This document shows positions 8,903 through 18,170 of a stretch of 64,000 bases of DNA, piece after piece. This DNA comes from an uncultured Acidimicrobiia bacterium. GTDB taxonomy: Bacteria; Actinomycetota; Acidimicrobiia; Spongiisociales; ZC4RG35. The position numbers and the translations under genes are program-made. The stretch covers positions 13,075 to 77,074 of the forward strand of contig CAXMPK010000119.1 of the NCBI GenBank assembly GCA_964195405.1, read 5' to 3'. Numbering within the stretch: the stretch's first letter is position 1; each line of letters begins with the position of its first letter. Under the pieces are notes generated by a model, which did not search any database, was not told the origin of the DNA, and saw only the letters and a program-made list of their open reading frames with translations.

Positions 8903-9780
8903 TCATCCAACTCCGACTCGTAGTGTTGTGCCCCGGGGCCTTGTGGTGCCCTGATACCGCGAAGCTCCCAGTCGCCACCCATGGCGGTGGAGAGAACTTC
9001 TTCGGAATCACTTGGTTGGGCTCCGAGTTCTGGTCTGACTTCAATGTCTCCGGACACAATGGTATTCGTTAATTCTCCGAGACCCTCAACTGCAACCGTC
9101 ACCACATCTCCAGGCTCCACCGGGCGCGACCCTGCCGGTGTGCCACTGAGGATGACGTCGCCGGGCAGAAGGGTGATGGTGCGTGCGATGTCGGCGACCA
9201 GATAATGCATGTCCCACTCCATCTCAGATGTGCTGGCCGACTGTTTCGCCTCACCGTTGACAAGCGTTTGGATGTTCTTGTCGTGGAAGTCCCAATCGGT
9301 CACCAAACCGGGTCCCAGTGGGCAAAGGGTGTCTGACCCTTTCACCCGCAGCATCGAGCCGGCGTCGGTATCTCTGAAATCGTGCAGGCCATAGTCGTTG
9401 GCGATGGTGTAGCCGGCGATGTATTGGTCTGCGTCGCCCTGGGAGATGTTGAAAGCGGTTTCGCCGATGACGATGGCGATCTCACCTTCGAAGTTGAGGT
9501 ACCTGCAACGCAACGGTCTGACAACCACTCCCAAGTGAGCGTTCAATGACGTCGTTGGTTTGTGGAAGTAGGTGGGCGCCGGCGGCAGTTTTGTCATGAA
9601 CTCGTCGACCCGGCTCAGATAGGTGAGGTGGGTGGCGATTATCTTCGTCGGCTCGACCGGTGGGAGATGGATGGCATCATCGATGGCAATCCGCTCGCCA
9701 TCGTCGGTTACCAATTCGTCACCGTCACGATGGACACGGGCGGGGGCGTCATTGAGCAGGATCCTTCGATACTCGGTCAT
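8899..9780 (-). CDS. fumarylacetoacetate hydrolase (FAH) family protein
   Basis: FAH-fold motifs FEGEIAIVIG and LLPGDVILSGTPAGS. The start is placed at the internal Met (MTEYRR). Its stop overlaps the upstream gene by 4 nt. Confidence 0.7.
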   Translation of the reverse strand: MTEYRRILLNDAPARVHRDGDELVTDDGERIAIDDAIHLPPVEPTKIIATHLTYLSRVDEFMTKLPPAPTYFHKPTTSLNAHLGVVVRPLRCRYLNFEGEIAIVIGETAFNISQGDADQYIAGYTIANDYGLHDFRDTDAGSMLRVKGSDTLCPLGPGLVTDWDFHDKNIQTLVNGEAKQSASTSEMEWDMHYLVADIARTITLLPGDVILSGTPAGSRPVEPGDVVTVAVEGLGELTNTIVSGDIEVRPELGAQPSDSEEVLSTAMGGDWELRGIRAPQGPGAQHYESELDE

Positions 9781-9912
9781 TGCGGGGGACGGTAATCCTG
9801 GCCAGGGAAGAAGACCTACCCAGATGGCTGTTTGCTCGAGGGTCGCTGCAGCCATACCTTGATCGGAGCAGTTCCCACCTGTCCTCGGATTATGTTTAGG
9901 TACCTAACGAGC

Positions 9913-11172
9913 ATGCCTCCTGATCTTCTCCATTCCGATCTTGGCGACCCCAACGCCGACATCACGTCGCACGACACCTATCTGTCGGGATTCCCACACG
10001 CCGCGTTCAAGCAGCTCCGCGAAAACGAACCGGTCGCCTGGATCTCCGAGGCCGATGGATCTGGTTTCTGGGCTGTGACCAAACACGCCGATGTGATCGA
10101 TGTGAGTCGCGACTACAAACGGTTCAGCGCAGCCCGGGGGATACGCATCGAAGACATGGCGGATGACGAGCTCGAGGCTCGACGCACCATGATGGAGTTC
10201 GATCCACCCGACCACACCCGTCTGCGGAGACTGGTCCAGCCCGGATTCACACCCAAGGTGGTTGCCACCTACGAGTCGGCATTCCGGCTTCTGGTGGGAC
10301 ATGTGCTCGATGGTGTTCTGACCGAGGGCGAGTTCGATTTTGTTACTGAGATCGCCCGGGAGCTGCCGATTCGAATGTTGTGTCGTTTGCTCGGGATTCC
10401 CGAGTCAGATGCCGGGAAGATGGTGTCCTGGGGCGACCAGATGATCTCCAACGCCGACCCGGAGTACACACCAGTGATCATCGACAAGGTGGACACCGAG
10501 GAATACCGCCTGTTGCCGTTCCGTGCCCCGGCGGCCATCGATGTGTTTCGCTATGCCGAGGAGATCGCCCTCGAGCGACGACGCAATCCCGCCGACGACA
10601 TCATCACCACACTGTTGACAGCCGAGCCCGATGGAGAGCCGTTGACCGACCTGGAGTTCAAGAACTTCTTCACCCTGATGATGGTGGCGGGCAACGAGAC
10701 CACCCGGCACACCATTAGCCATGGTTTGGTTTTCCTGGGCAAGCACCCCGAACAGCTTTCGGCGTGGACGGCCAATCCGGCAGCGATGTCAGAGCTGGCC
10801 ACCGAGGAGATTCTTCGCGCATCGAGCGTGACGATGCACTTCCGGCGCACCGCCACCGTCGATACAAAAATCAGGGGTGTGCCGGTGGCTTCGGGTGACA
10901 AGGTGGTCATTTGGTACACATCGGCCAACTACGACACCGACGTGTTCAACGATCCTTTCACCTTCGACCTCGAACGTGAGCCAAACAACCACATCACTTT
11001 CGGGACCGGTCGTCACGTATGTCTTGGCGCATCCCTGGCTCGGCTCGAAGTGCGTGTGTTCTTTGAGGAATTCCTGGCTCGGGTATCCCGTTTTGAGGTG
11101 GGCGAGCCAGACCGACTTCGTTCCAACTTCATCTCCGGGATCAAGCACTTGCCGGTGAATGTGTGGGTTTGA
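9913..11172 (+). CDS. cytochrome P450
   Basis: Heme-binding loop FGTGRHVCLGASLA, an ETLR-like K-helix and I-helix AGNETT. The start is trimmed to MPPDLL. Confidence 0.85.
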   Translation: MPPDLLHSDLGDPNADITSHDTYLSGFPHAAFKQLRENEPVAWISEADGSGFWAVTKHADVIDVSRDYKRFSAARGIRIEDMADDELEARRTMMEFDPPDHTRLRRLVQPGFTPKVVATYESAFRLLVGHVLDGVLTEGEFDFVTEIARELPIRMLCRLLGIPESDAGKMVSWGDQMISNADPEYTPVIIDKVDTEEYRLLPFRAPAAIDVFRYAEEIALERRRNPADDIITTLLTAEPDGEPLTDLEFKNFFTLMMVAGNETTRHTISHGLVFLGKHPEQLSAWTANPAAMSELATEEILRASSVTMHFRRTATVDTKIRGVPVASGDKVVIWYTSANYDTDVFNDPFTFDLEREPNNHITFGTGRHVCLGASLARLEVRVFFEEFLARVSRFEVGEPDRLRSNFISGIKHLPVNVWV

Positions 11173-11233
11173 GACCTCGAGCGTCTAACGCCTGGGCGGA
11201 ATCCCGACCCGTCGCACGCTCGACGTGTGAGGA

Positions 11234-12622
11234 CTAGCCGATCAGTGTCTTTTCGATGATCTCGATGGCGTGATCGACGTGTTCGGTGGTTGAACGCCGA
11301 TTGAGGATTGCGAACCGGAGGATGAATCGTCCGTCGATGATCGTCGGGGAGAGGTGAACCTTTGCGTCCTGGTTGACCGCCTCCCAGGCAGCTCTTCCGA
11401 GTTTGTCGTCATCAAAGCCAAACGCCACGATCGAAAGATCGGGTATCCACCGTGGGTCGACACCATCAATGGACGTCAGACGGTCGTAGGCATATCGAGC
11501 CAGGTCGAGGTGGGAATCGAGGGGTTCCCCGAAAGATCTTACGCCATGGAGTTGCAATGGCAGCCAAACGGAGAGCCCCCGGAACGGCCGGCTCAGCTCC
11601 GGGCCCAGCGAAGAAATGTCCCGCATCCCCAGGTAGCTGTCTTCGTCGCGGAGGTAGGCCCCCCTTCCCTCGTGGGCATCCACCAGCTTTGACTCGTCTC
11701 GTGCCAGCAGAGCACCAACTCCAAAGGGGATCGAAAGACCCTTGTGTGGGTCGAGGGCAATTGAGTCCGAACGGTTGATTCCAGACAATGTGTTTTTGCC
11801 ACGTTCGGTCAGCTGAAAGAAGCCGCCGTAAGCCGCGTCCACATGAAGCCACAACTTTTCGGTCGCGGCAACATCGGCCAATAGCTCGAGAGGATCCACG
11901 GTGCCGGTGTCAGTGGTGCCGGCTGATCCAATGATGAGGAACGGCTGACGACCCGCGGCGCGGTCGGAAGCGATTTCGGAGCGCAACAGACCCACATTCA
12001 TCCGCAGTTCATCGTCGGCGTCGATGGTGACGATCTGATCGGTGCGAAACCCGGCCAGGCGCGCAGCCTTGGCCGCCGAATGATGTGTGTGAGTCGTCAC
12101 GTACATCACACCGTTGGTGAATTCGTCGCCGAGTTGGGCGACTCGGGCGGTGACGATGCCGGTGAAGTTGGCCGTTGACCCGCCAGAGAGAAGTAGTCCT
12201 GATGCGTCCGGTCCCAATTCGAACAAACCTGTGAGCCACTCGACGACACCGTGTTCGATGGCTGTGAACCCGGGTGCTGCCGAGGCCACGCCCGTGTAGC
12301 GGTTGAGACCGGCCGCGAGGAACTCGGCGAGGGCTGCGGTGTACATGCCCGAGTTGGGGATGTAAGACATATGGCCGCCGGAGGGGTGAAAAATCCCACT
12401 CTGACCTGCCTTGGCGATGTCCTCGAGGATCGTCGTGAGAGAGCGCCCGACCTCCGACGGTTGCGTTTGCAGATATTCGAGAAACTCTTCGCTCGGGTCG
12501 CTTCCGTGAGCCTTCATCGTGTTCGCCTCGTCGAACCAGTTGGCCAGAAACTGCGCAATCTCGGCGGTCAGCGCTGCTCGTTCCTCTCGGTTTGGCTCAA
12601 GCGGGCTGGTCACGAAGAACAA
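11234..12622 (-). CDS. pyridoxal-dependent group II amino-acid decarboxylase
   Basis: PLP-lysine motif SIALDPHKGLSIPFG. 462 aa, with a fold-type I decarboxylase layout. Confidence 0.8.
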   Translation of the reverse strand: MFFVTSPLEPNREERAALTAEIAQFLANWFDEANTMKAHGSDPSEEFLEYLQTQPSEVGRSLTTILEDIAKAGQSGIFHPSGGHMSYIPNSGMYTAALAEFLAAGLNRYTGVASAAPGFTAIEHGVVEWLTGLFELGPDASGLLLSGGSTANFTGIVTARVAQLGDEFTNGVMYVTTHTHHSAAKAARLAGFRTDQIVTIDADDELRMNVGLLRSEIASDRAAGRQPFLIIGSAGTTDTGTVDPLELLADVAATEKLWLHVDAAYGGFFQLTERGKNTLSGINRSDSIALDPHKGLSIPFGVGALLARDESKLVDAHEGRGAYLRDEDSYLGMRDISSLGPELSRPFRGLSVWLPLQLHGVRSFGEPLDSHLDLARYAYDRLTSIDGVDPRWIPDLSIVAFGFDDDKLGRAAWEAVNQDAKVHLSPTIIDGRFILRFAILNRRSTTEHVDHAIEIIEKTLIG

Positions 12623-12692
12623 GGTAATCGTGGTTCGCCCGATGTGCCCATCTCGAAGGATCTACGATCAGTTCTATGAGTGTGGGTGAAAT

Positions 12693-13979
12693 GTGAGCAT
12701 CGAGTTCGACCGACTGAGACTTCTTTGGCCCGACCACCTCGGTCTGGCTCGTGGAAAATATCTGACGCCAGACAAGGCCGAATCCGGGACGGCGCACGCC
12801 ATTTCCCTTTTCACGCTTGGTTTCGACAGAGTGATGTACGACCACAAGGCCGGCATGATGACCGAGGGGCTTCCCGACTGCGATGCCAACTACGAGGGCT
12901 CCGACATTCGTCCTGGATGGCAAAAGGGAACACCGGTGGTCATCCCAGACATCACCCGCCAGGGCGAGCCGGTGCCGATGGCTCCTCGAAATGTTCTCAA
13001 AGACGCATTGGAGAAGTGGCGTTCCCATGGTCTGGAGCCGATGGTCGGTATTGAGTTGGAGGCATTCCTCTTCGAGCCGGACGGCAGCGGAAGCTGGACA
13101 CCCATTTCCACTCCCGGCGCCTATGTGTACGGAACCGGGATGTCCGTGGACCCCACAGGAACGATCGATGAAATCATGGCAACCGCCCGGGAGGTCAACC
13201 TTCCTCTGGAGTCGGTCAACAGCGAGTACGACAACGGACAGTTCGAACTCACCCTGGCATACACAGACGCACTCAAGGCTGCCGATGAGGCCTTCCTTTT
13301 CAAAGTGATGGCCAAGGAGATCGCGGCACAGCGTGGTCTGCTCCTGACGTTCATGGGCAAGCCGATCAACAATCGTGGTGGCAGTGGTCTCCACGTCAAT
13401 CTTTCGCTCAACGACTCCAGCGGTTCCAACGTCCTCTACGAAGAAGCTGCCGACGACGGGTTGAGTGAGATAGCACGGTCGGTGACGGCGGGACTGCTTC
13501 ACCATCATGTCGGCATGACCGCGTTGATCGCACCGACCGTCAACTCCTACAAACGGCTCCAGCCGGGATCATTATGTGGTTATTGGGCCAACTGGGGTTA
13601 CGACCATCGCGGGGTGACCGTTCGTGTCCCCCCGGCTAGGGGTAACGGCACCCGTCTCGAGCATCGTGTCGGCGACGGCTCAGTGGCACCCCATCAAGCT
13701 GTGGCCGCCGTTTTGACAGCAGGCCGCCTCGGCTATGAGAACGGCTACGAATTGCCTCCTGCCGAGACGCTCGACTGCTTGGAGAGCGCATCGACCGACG
13801 TGGTTTGCCCGTCGTCACTCGAGGCCGCCCTTGACGCTCTGGAGGCAGACACCGTTCTGGTCGAGGCTTTCGGCCCTGTGTTTGTTGACGGCTACGTAAC
13901 CGTCAAGCGTGCCGAATGGAACCGTTACAAGGTCTGGACCACCGATTGGGAGATGGCCGAATACTTGCCGTTCCTCTGA
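12693..13979 (+). CDS. glutamine synthetase family protein (type III, gamma-glutamyl-amine synthetase-like)
   Basis: GS catalytic-domain motifs NGQFE and GSGLHVNLSL. 428 aa. Confidence 0.8.
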   Translation: MSIEFDRLRLLWPDHLGLARGKYLTPDKAESGTAHAISLFTLGFDRVMYDHKAGMMTEGLPDCDANYEGSDIRPGWQKGTPVVIPDITRQGEPVPMAPRNVLKDALEKWRSHGLEPMVGIELEAFLFEPDGSGSWTPISTPGAYVYGTGMSVDPTGTIDEIMATAREVNLPLESVNSEYDNGQFELTLAYTDALKAADEAFLFKVMAKEIAAQRGLLLTFMGKPINNRGGSGLHVNLSLNDSSGSNVLYEEAADDGLSEIARSVTAGLLHHHVGMTALIAPTVNSYKRLQPGSLCGYWANWGYDHRGVTVRVPPARGNGTRLEHRVGDGSVAPHQAVAAVLTAGRLGYENGYELPPAETLDCLESASTDVVCPSSLEAALDALEADTVLVEAFGPVFVDGYVTVKRAEWNRYKVWTTDWEMAEYLPFL

Positions 13980-14767
13980 TGAGCGGATTTCTTTTCCCAA
14001 AGACACCGAGTGGGCGCTCCTCACTGATCCCTGAGCCGCCCTGGCACTACTCCGGGGAGATGCTGAGCGTCGAGTATCGGACCAAACCCGGTCGTGTCGC
14101 TGACCTATTACCCGAGGGCGTAACACTCGCAGATGACGATCCTGGGGCGGTGGCTCTCATCTGGGCCGACTGGCAGAGCACCGGTGACGGCCTCGAAGAG
14201 ACCCTCGACCCCGTTCGCAGCCAGTACAAGGAGGCGTTTGTGGTGATTCGCTGCGAGTGGGACGACAAGATTTGGAGTCGGTGTCCTTACATCTGGGTAG
14301 ATAAGGACTTTGCCCTGGTCAGGGGTTATCACCAGGGCTACCCGAAGAAGCTTGGCGACATCTGGATGACCCGGCCGATAACCGTGGGTCGGGCCGGCCC
14401 CCGGTTGGAAGAGGGAGGCCGATTCGGGATGACCCTCGGTGCCGCCGGTCGGCGTCTGGCCGAGGCGACTGTGACGCTTTCGGAACAGGTGACTTCACCT
14501 GGATTCGTAAACGGGCACCCCATGCTCCACAACCGGATTTGGCCTTCGATCGAGTCGGACGGCTCTCGATCAATGGACGAGTTGGTGACCATGAGCGGTT
14601 ACGACGGGGAGATCGCCGACGTCTGGGCCGGGCAGGCCACCATTGAGCTCTTCGAGTCACCCTCAGAGGAATTGTCGCTTCTCGAGCCGGAAGAGGTGAT
14701 CGGCGGCTTCTATCACCGGGTCGGCGTTTCCTGGAAGGGCGGAACCACCCTGCGGTCCACCCCATGA
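13979..14767 (+). CDS. acetoacetate decarboxylase (ADC) family protein
   Basis: GYPKKLG matches the ADC active-site region YPKKLG. The N-terminal PPWHYSGE...EYRT is ADC-like. The start overlaps the GS-like stop (TGATG). Confidence 0.6.
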   Translation: MSGFLFPKTPSGRSSLIPEPPWHYSGEMLSVEYRTKPGRVADLLPEGVTLADDDPGAVALIWADWQSTGDGLEETLDPVRSQYKEAFVVIRCEWDDKIWSRCPYIWVDKDFALVRGYHQGYPKKLGDIWMTRPITVGRAGPRLEEGGRFGMTLGAAGRRLAEATVTLSEQVTSPGFVNGHPMLHNRIWPSIESDGSRSMDELVTMSGYDGEIADVWAGQATIELFESPSEELSLLEPEEVIGGFYHRVGVSWKGGTTLRSTP

Positions 14768-16017
14768 CCGAGGTTGTTGTCCTCGTTGCCGCGGGGGCGA
14801 TTCTCGTGATCACAGTGGTTTCGGGCCGTTTAGAGCGATTCTGGCTGACCGAGCCGCTGGTCGCCGTGGTGTTTGGCGTGGTGCTCGGGCAATTCATCAT
14901 CGGCCCGGTCGACCTGACCCAGCCTGGTTTCTTGACGTTTCTGGAACTGACTCTCGCTCTGGTTCTCTTTAGTGACGCGTCACGTGTCAGCGTTCGCCGG
15001 GTCAAAGGCACTTATGCGTGGCCGGCACGGATGTTGACGCTGGGTCTGCCGCTGACAATTGCTCTCGGGACTGCTGCCGCAGCCTGGCTGCTCGGTCTTC
15101 CGTTGGGGTTCGCCCTACTGATTGGTGTCGTGTTGGCACCCACGGACGCGGCGCTCGCTGAGCCGGTTTTGGAGAACAAGTCGGTGCCTGCACGAGTGAG
15201 GCAGACCTTGAACATCGAATCTGGTCTCAATGACGGGCTGGCGGTCCCTGCCCTTCTGGTTGCCGTGGCTCTGCTCGAGGCCGATGAAGGAATGGTCACA
15301 CCAGCGGAGGCAGTGTTGGTGTTCATCCAACAGCTTGGCATTGGCATCGTGGGTGGGGTCGTTCTCGGACTTTTGGGTGCGTTCATCATCGGAAAGGGGG
15401 TGGAGCGGGGTTGGATGAACTCGCTACATCAAAAGATCGCTGCCCTCTCGTTGGCCCTGGCAGGTTTTGCTGCCGTCCAGTTGTTGGGCGGATCGGGGTT
15501 TGTCGCCGTGTTCATCGCCGGTGGGCTGATGAGTCACCGGCTTGAAGAGAGATCTGAGTACCTCTACGAATTCGCCGAAACCGAAGGTCACGTCATGGTC
15601 TCGTTAGCGTTCTTGTTCGTCGGAGCCGGTCCGGCTGTCGAGATGATTTCTGGAAGTGTCTCCTGGGAAGCGTTGGTGCTGGCTCTTGTGGCTCTAGTTG
15701 TGGTTCGCCCTATCGCGATTGGGCTGTCGCTGATCGGCGAGAAATTGATGGTTTCGACGGTGGCGTTTCTCGGCTGGTTCGGTCCTCGCGGCCTGGCGAC
15801 AATCGTTTTCTATCTACTGGCGATCGAGGAATTACCGGAGGTCCCGTTGCTGGTCACAGAAACCGTGACCGCGACTCTGGTGCTGTCGATTGTGCTCCAT
15901 GGAATCACTGCCGTGCCGGCGTCGAACTGGCTCGCGAGGAGGTTTGAGGGCATGGATGAAGACGAGGACATGCCCGAAATGGGCGATTCGATCGAATTCC
16001 CGACTCGAAAGGGTTAG
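14764..16017 (+). CDS. cation:proton antiporter (CPA1, NhaP-type Na+/H+ exchanger)
   Basis: Polytopic membrane protein with the ESGLNDGLAVPAL signature. Confidence 0.8.
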   Translation: MTEVVVLVAAGAILVITVVSGRLERFWLTEPLVAVVFGVVLGQFIIGPVDLTQPGFLTFLELTLALVLFSDASRVSVRRVKGTYAWPARMLTLGLPLTIALGTAAAAWLLGLPLGFALLIGVVLAPTDAALAEPVLENKSVPARVRQTLNIESGLNDGLAVPALLVAVALLEADEGMVTPAEAVLVFIQQLGIGIVGGVVLGLLGAFIIGKGVERGWMNSLHQKIAALSLALAGFAAVQLLGGSGFVAVFIAGGLMSHRLEERSEYLYEFAETEGHVMVSLAFLFVGAGPAVEMISGSVSWEALVLALVALVVVRPIAIGLSLIGEKLMVSTVAFLGWFGPRGLATIVFYLLAIEELPEVPLLVTETVTATLVLSIVLHGITAVPASNWLARRFEGMDEDEDMPEMGDSIEFPTRKG

Positions 16018-16029
16018 TCGTCAAGGACA

Positions 16030-16050
16030 GCATCTGTTCACAACAGATGC
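16030..16050. terminator. Hairpin GCATCTGTT-cac-AACAGATGC between convergent genes
   Basis: 9-bp perfect inverted repeat with a 3-nt loop, 13 nt after the antiporter stop. Only a weak U-tract follows. Confidence 0.35.
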
Positions 16051-16055
16051 AATCT

Positions 16056-17519
16056 TCAGGAGACAGTGTCCTCACTGATCTGGAGTGTCTTCAGGTCGGA
16101 ATGGAAATCGAGTGCGTAGTCGCCGCCTTCACGTCCGATTCCCGAAATGCCACAGCCGCCAAACGGAGCGGTTAGGTCTCGGACCAGATATGTGTTGACC
16201 CAGACGGTTCCGGCGCGAATCCCGGCGCCGGTCCGTTGCGCCCTTTGCTCCGACCCTGTGTAGACAATTCCCGAGAGGCCGTATGCGGTTGAATTGGCGA
16301 GAGCGATGGCCTCTGTCTCATCCTCAAATGTTTGATAGGTGAGCACCGGCCCAAAAACCTCTCGTTGCACGATTTCGGACTGATTCGACTTTGGCATGAT
16401 GAGCGTTGGCTCATACCAGAGACCATCGTCCTTCCAGCGTTCACCGCCCCGCATGATTCGGTCGCCGGCCCCGCGAGCCCGGTTGACAAATCCCTCGACT
16501 CTCTTGAGATGGTCGGGGTGAATCATCGGCGAGATTGTCGTTGTGGGGTGGCGACTGTCTCCGAGGACGTGCTCGTCGGTGTATTGGTTGAACAGCTCCA
16601 AGAACTTTCCGGACACCGACTTCTCGACCAGTAGACGGGTGCCGGCGATACAGGTTTGGCCGGAGTCGTCGTACTGACCTGCCGCCTTTCTCGCGGCTGC
16701 TTCGAGGTCTGAGTCGGCAAAGACGATCAGAGGCCCCTTGCCACCCAGCTCCGCGGTGAAGGGTGTGATGTTCCTGGCGGCGGCCACACCGATGTGGCGA
16801 GCCGTCTCTGGTGACCCGGTAAAAGAGATTCGTCTCACCCTCTTGTCGCCCACCAGGGCGGCTCCGACCTCATCGCCGATGCCATGCACGATGTTGAGGA
16901 CACCTGGGGGCAATCCTGCCTTGTCAGCCAGGTCGGCGAGGATCGATGCGGAGAGGGGTGACCATTCTGCGGGCTTGAGAATCACAGGGTTTCCAGCGGC
17001 AAGAGCGGGAGCAAGTTTCCATATCGACAGAAGCCAGGGCGCGTTCCAGGGGGTGATGATCACCGCAGGCCCGGCAGCCATCCGCTGCACTTGATTGTTG
17101 GTTCCCTTTGAGGACCAGGATCTTCCTTGGTAATTCGCAGCGAGGTTTGCGTAGTTGCGGAGGTTCTCAGCCCCGCGGTGAATCACCCGTGCCTGGAGAC
17201 TCTCCAACAGCATCGCCATGTCGACACATTCGACGGTGGCCAACTCATCGATGTTCTCGTCGATCAAATCCGCGAGATGATGCAGATACTCGGCCCGCTT
17301 CTCAGGCCTCTGCGCCGCCCATGAGGGAAAGGCATCGACGGCGGCACTTATGGCCGCATCGGCGGTGAGGGCATCACCACGGGCCATGTCGGCGAGCTTC
17401 CAATCCCAGTCGAGTGGAGAGCGGACCTCGAAGGTTTTTTCGGACGAGACTCGCTTCCCACCGATGTAGTGATCAGGTGAGACAGCAACGTCAGATATCT
17501 CCGCTCGGGACGATGGCAA
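16056..17519 (-). CDS. NAD(P)-dependent aldehyde dehydrogenase
   Basis: ALDH motifs ITPWNAPW, FTGSPETAR and the catalytic Cys region QTCIAGTRLLV. Confidence 0.85.
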   Translation of the reverse strand: MPSSRAEISDVAVSPDHYIGGKRVSSEKTFEVRSPLDWDWKLADMARGDALTADAAISAAVDAFPSWAAQRPEKRAEYLHHLADLIDENIDELATVECVDMAMLLESLQARVIHRGAENLRNYANLAANYQGRSWSSKGTNNQVQRMAAGPAVIITPWNAPWLLSIWKLAPALAAGNPVILKPAEWSPLSASILADLADKAGLPPGVLNIVHGIGDEVGAALVGDKRVRRISFTGSPETARHIGVAAARNITPFTAELGGKGPLIVFADSDLEAAARKAAGQYDDSGQTCIAGTRLLVEKSVSGKFLELFNQYTDEHVLGDSRHPTTTISPMIHPDHLKRVEGFVNRARGAGDRIMRGGERWKDDGLWYEPTLIMPKSNQSEIVQREVFGPVLTYQTFEDETEAIALANSTAYGLSGIVYTGSEQRAQRTGAGIRAGTVWVNTYLVRDLTAPFGGCGISGIGREGGDYALDFHSDLKTLQISEDTVS

Positions 17520-17579
17520 AAAGGACTCCAGGTCGTTAGCTACCTAAGGATAAGCTGATGGTGTGAACCTGAGAAGACG

Positions 17580-18125
17580 ATGCCCCGACCGCTGACCGAT
17601 CACGACCCTGGAGTGGTGTTGGAGGCCGAGCGTGACATTCGGATCCGACTGGGAGACCGCCCCCTCGATTTCGAGGCGCTTCTTGCAGTTTCCAATATCT
17701 ACCGGGCGGCCAACGCGGTACGTCATCGCATGGAGCGTGATGTCCTGGCTCCCGTCGGTCTCAGTTGGGGCGGCTTCACCATCCTTTTTGTCTTGTGGGT
17801 GTGGGGTGACCGCGAGACGGGTGATCTCGCAGAGGATTGTGGCCTGGCAAAAGGCACTTTGTCAGGAATGTTGCGGACCCTGGAACGGACGAGTCTGGTG
17901 TCGCGGTCGAGACATCTCGATGATGGGCGCAAGGTGATGGTTCACCTCGCATCATCGGGTTTGGAGACCATCGAAGAGGTGTTTCCCCGTTTCAATGAGT
18001 TCGAGACAAAACTCACCACCAGCCTTGATTCGGACGAACGTCATGAATTGGCGCGACTGCTCCGGCTGGTCACTGCCACCGCCGACGAACTTCCTCTCGT
18101 TACGGAGGGTCGAAAACAACGATGA
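17580..18125 (+). CDS. MarR family transcriptional regulator
   Basis: Winged-helix region GDLAEDCGLAKGTLSGMLRTLERTSLVSRSRHLDDGR. Divergent from the ALDH gene. Confidence 0.75.
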   Translation: MPRPLTDHDPGVVLEAERDIRIRLGDRPLDFEALLAVSNIYRAANAVRHRMERDVLAPVGLSWGGFTILFVLWVWGDRETGDLAEDCGLAKGTLSGMLRTLERTSLVSRSRHLDDGRKVMVHLASSGLETIEEVFPRFNEFETKLTTSLDSDERHELARLLRLVTATADELPLVTEGRKQR

Positions 18126-18170
18126 GAAGGAGATACAACGATGAGAAGGAGATTCAACGATGGGTGAGAT
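18117..18170 (+). repeat. Tandem 19-bp duplication CAACGATGAGAAGGAGAT(A/T) x2, plus a partial third copy containing the dioxygenase start
   Basis: Direct repeat seen in the sequence. Each copy carries a Shine-Dalgarno sequence (AAGGAG) and an ATG, giving ATGs at 18122, 18141 and 18160 in all three frames. Confidence 0.6.

Noticed and set aside
11173-11233. Distant 8-bp inverted repeat TCGAGCGT...ACGCTCGA between the P450 and decarboxylase genes
   Set aside because: The ~30-nt loop makes a stable terminator hairpin unlikely. It was noted only as possible weak structure.
12597-13508. 303-aa minus-strand ORF overlapping the glutamine-synthetase-family gene
   Set aside because: It is antisense to a gene with clear GS catalytic motifs and has no recognisable domain.
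14319-15011. 230-aa minus-strand ORF overlapping the ADC-family and antiporter genes
   Set aside because: The translation is Arg/Pro/Ser-rich and low-complexity, lying antisense to two motif-supported genes. It is a GC-rich frame artefact.
17536-17562. Weak palindromic AGCT-containing element in the MarR/ALDH divergent intergenic region
   Set aside because: The arms are under 6 bp with mismatches. It cannot be distinguished from chance without comparative data.
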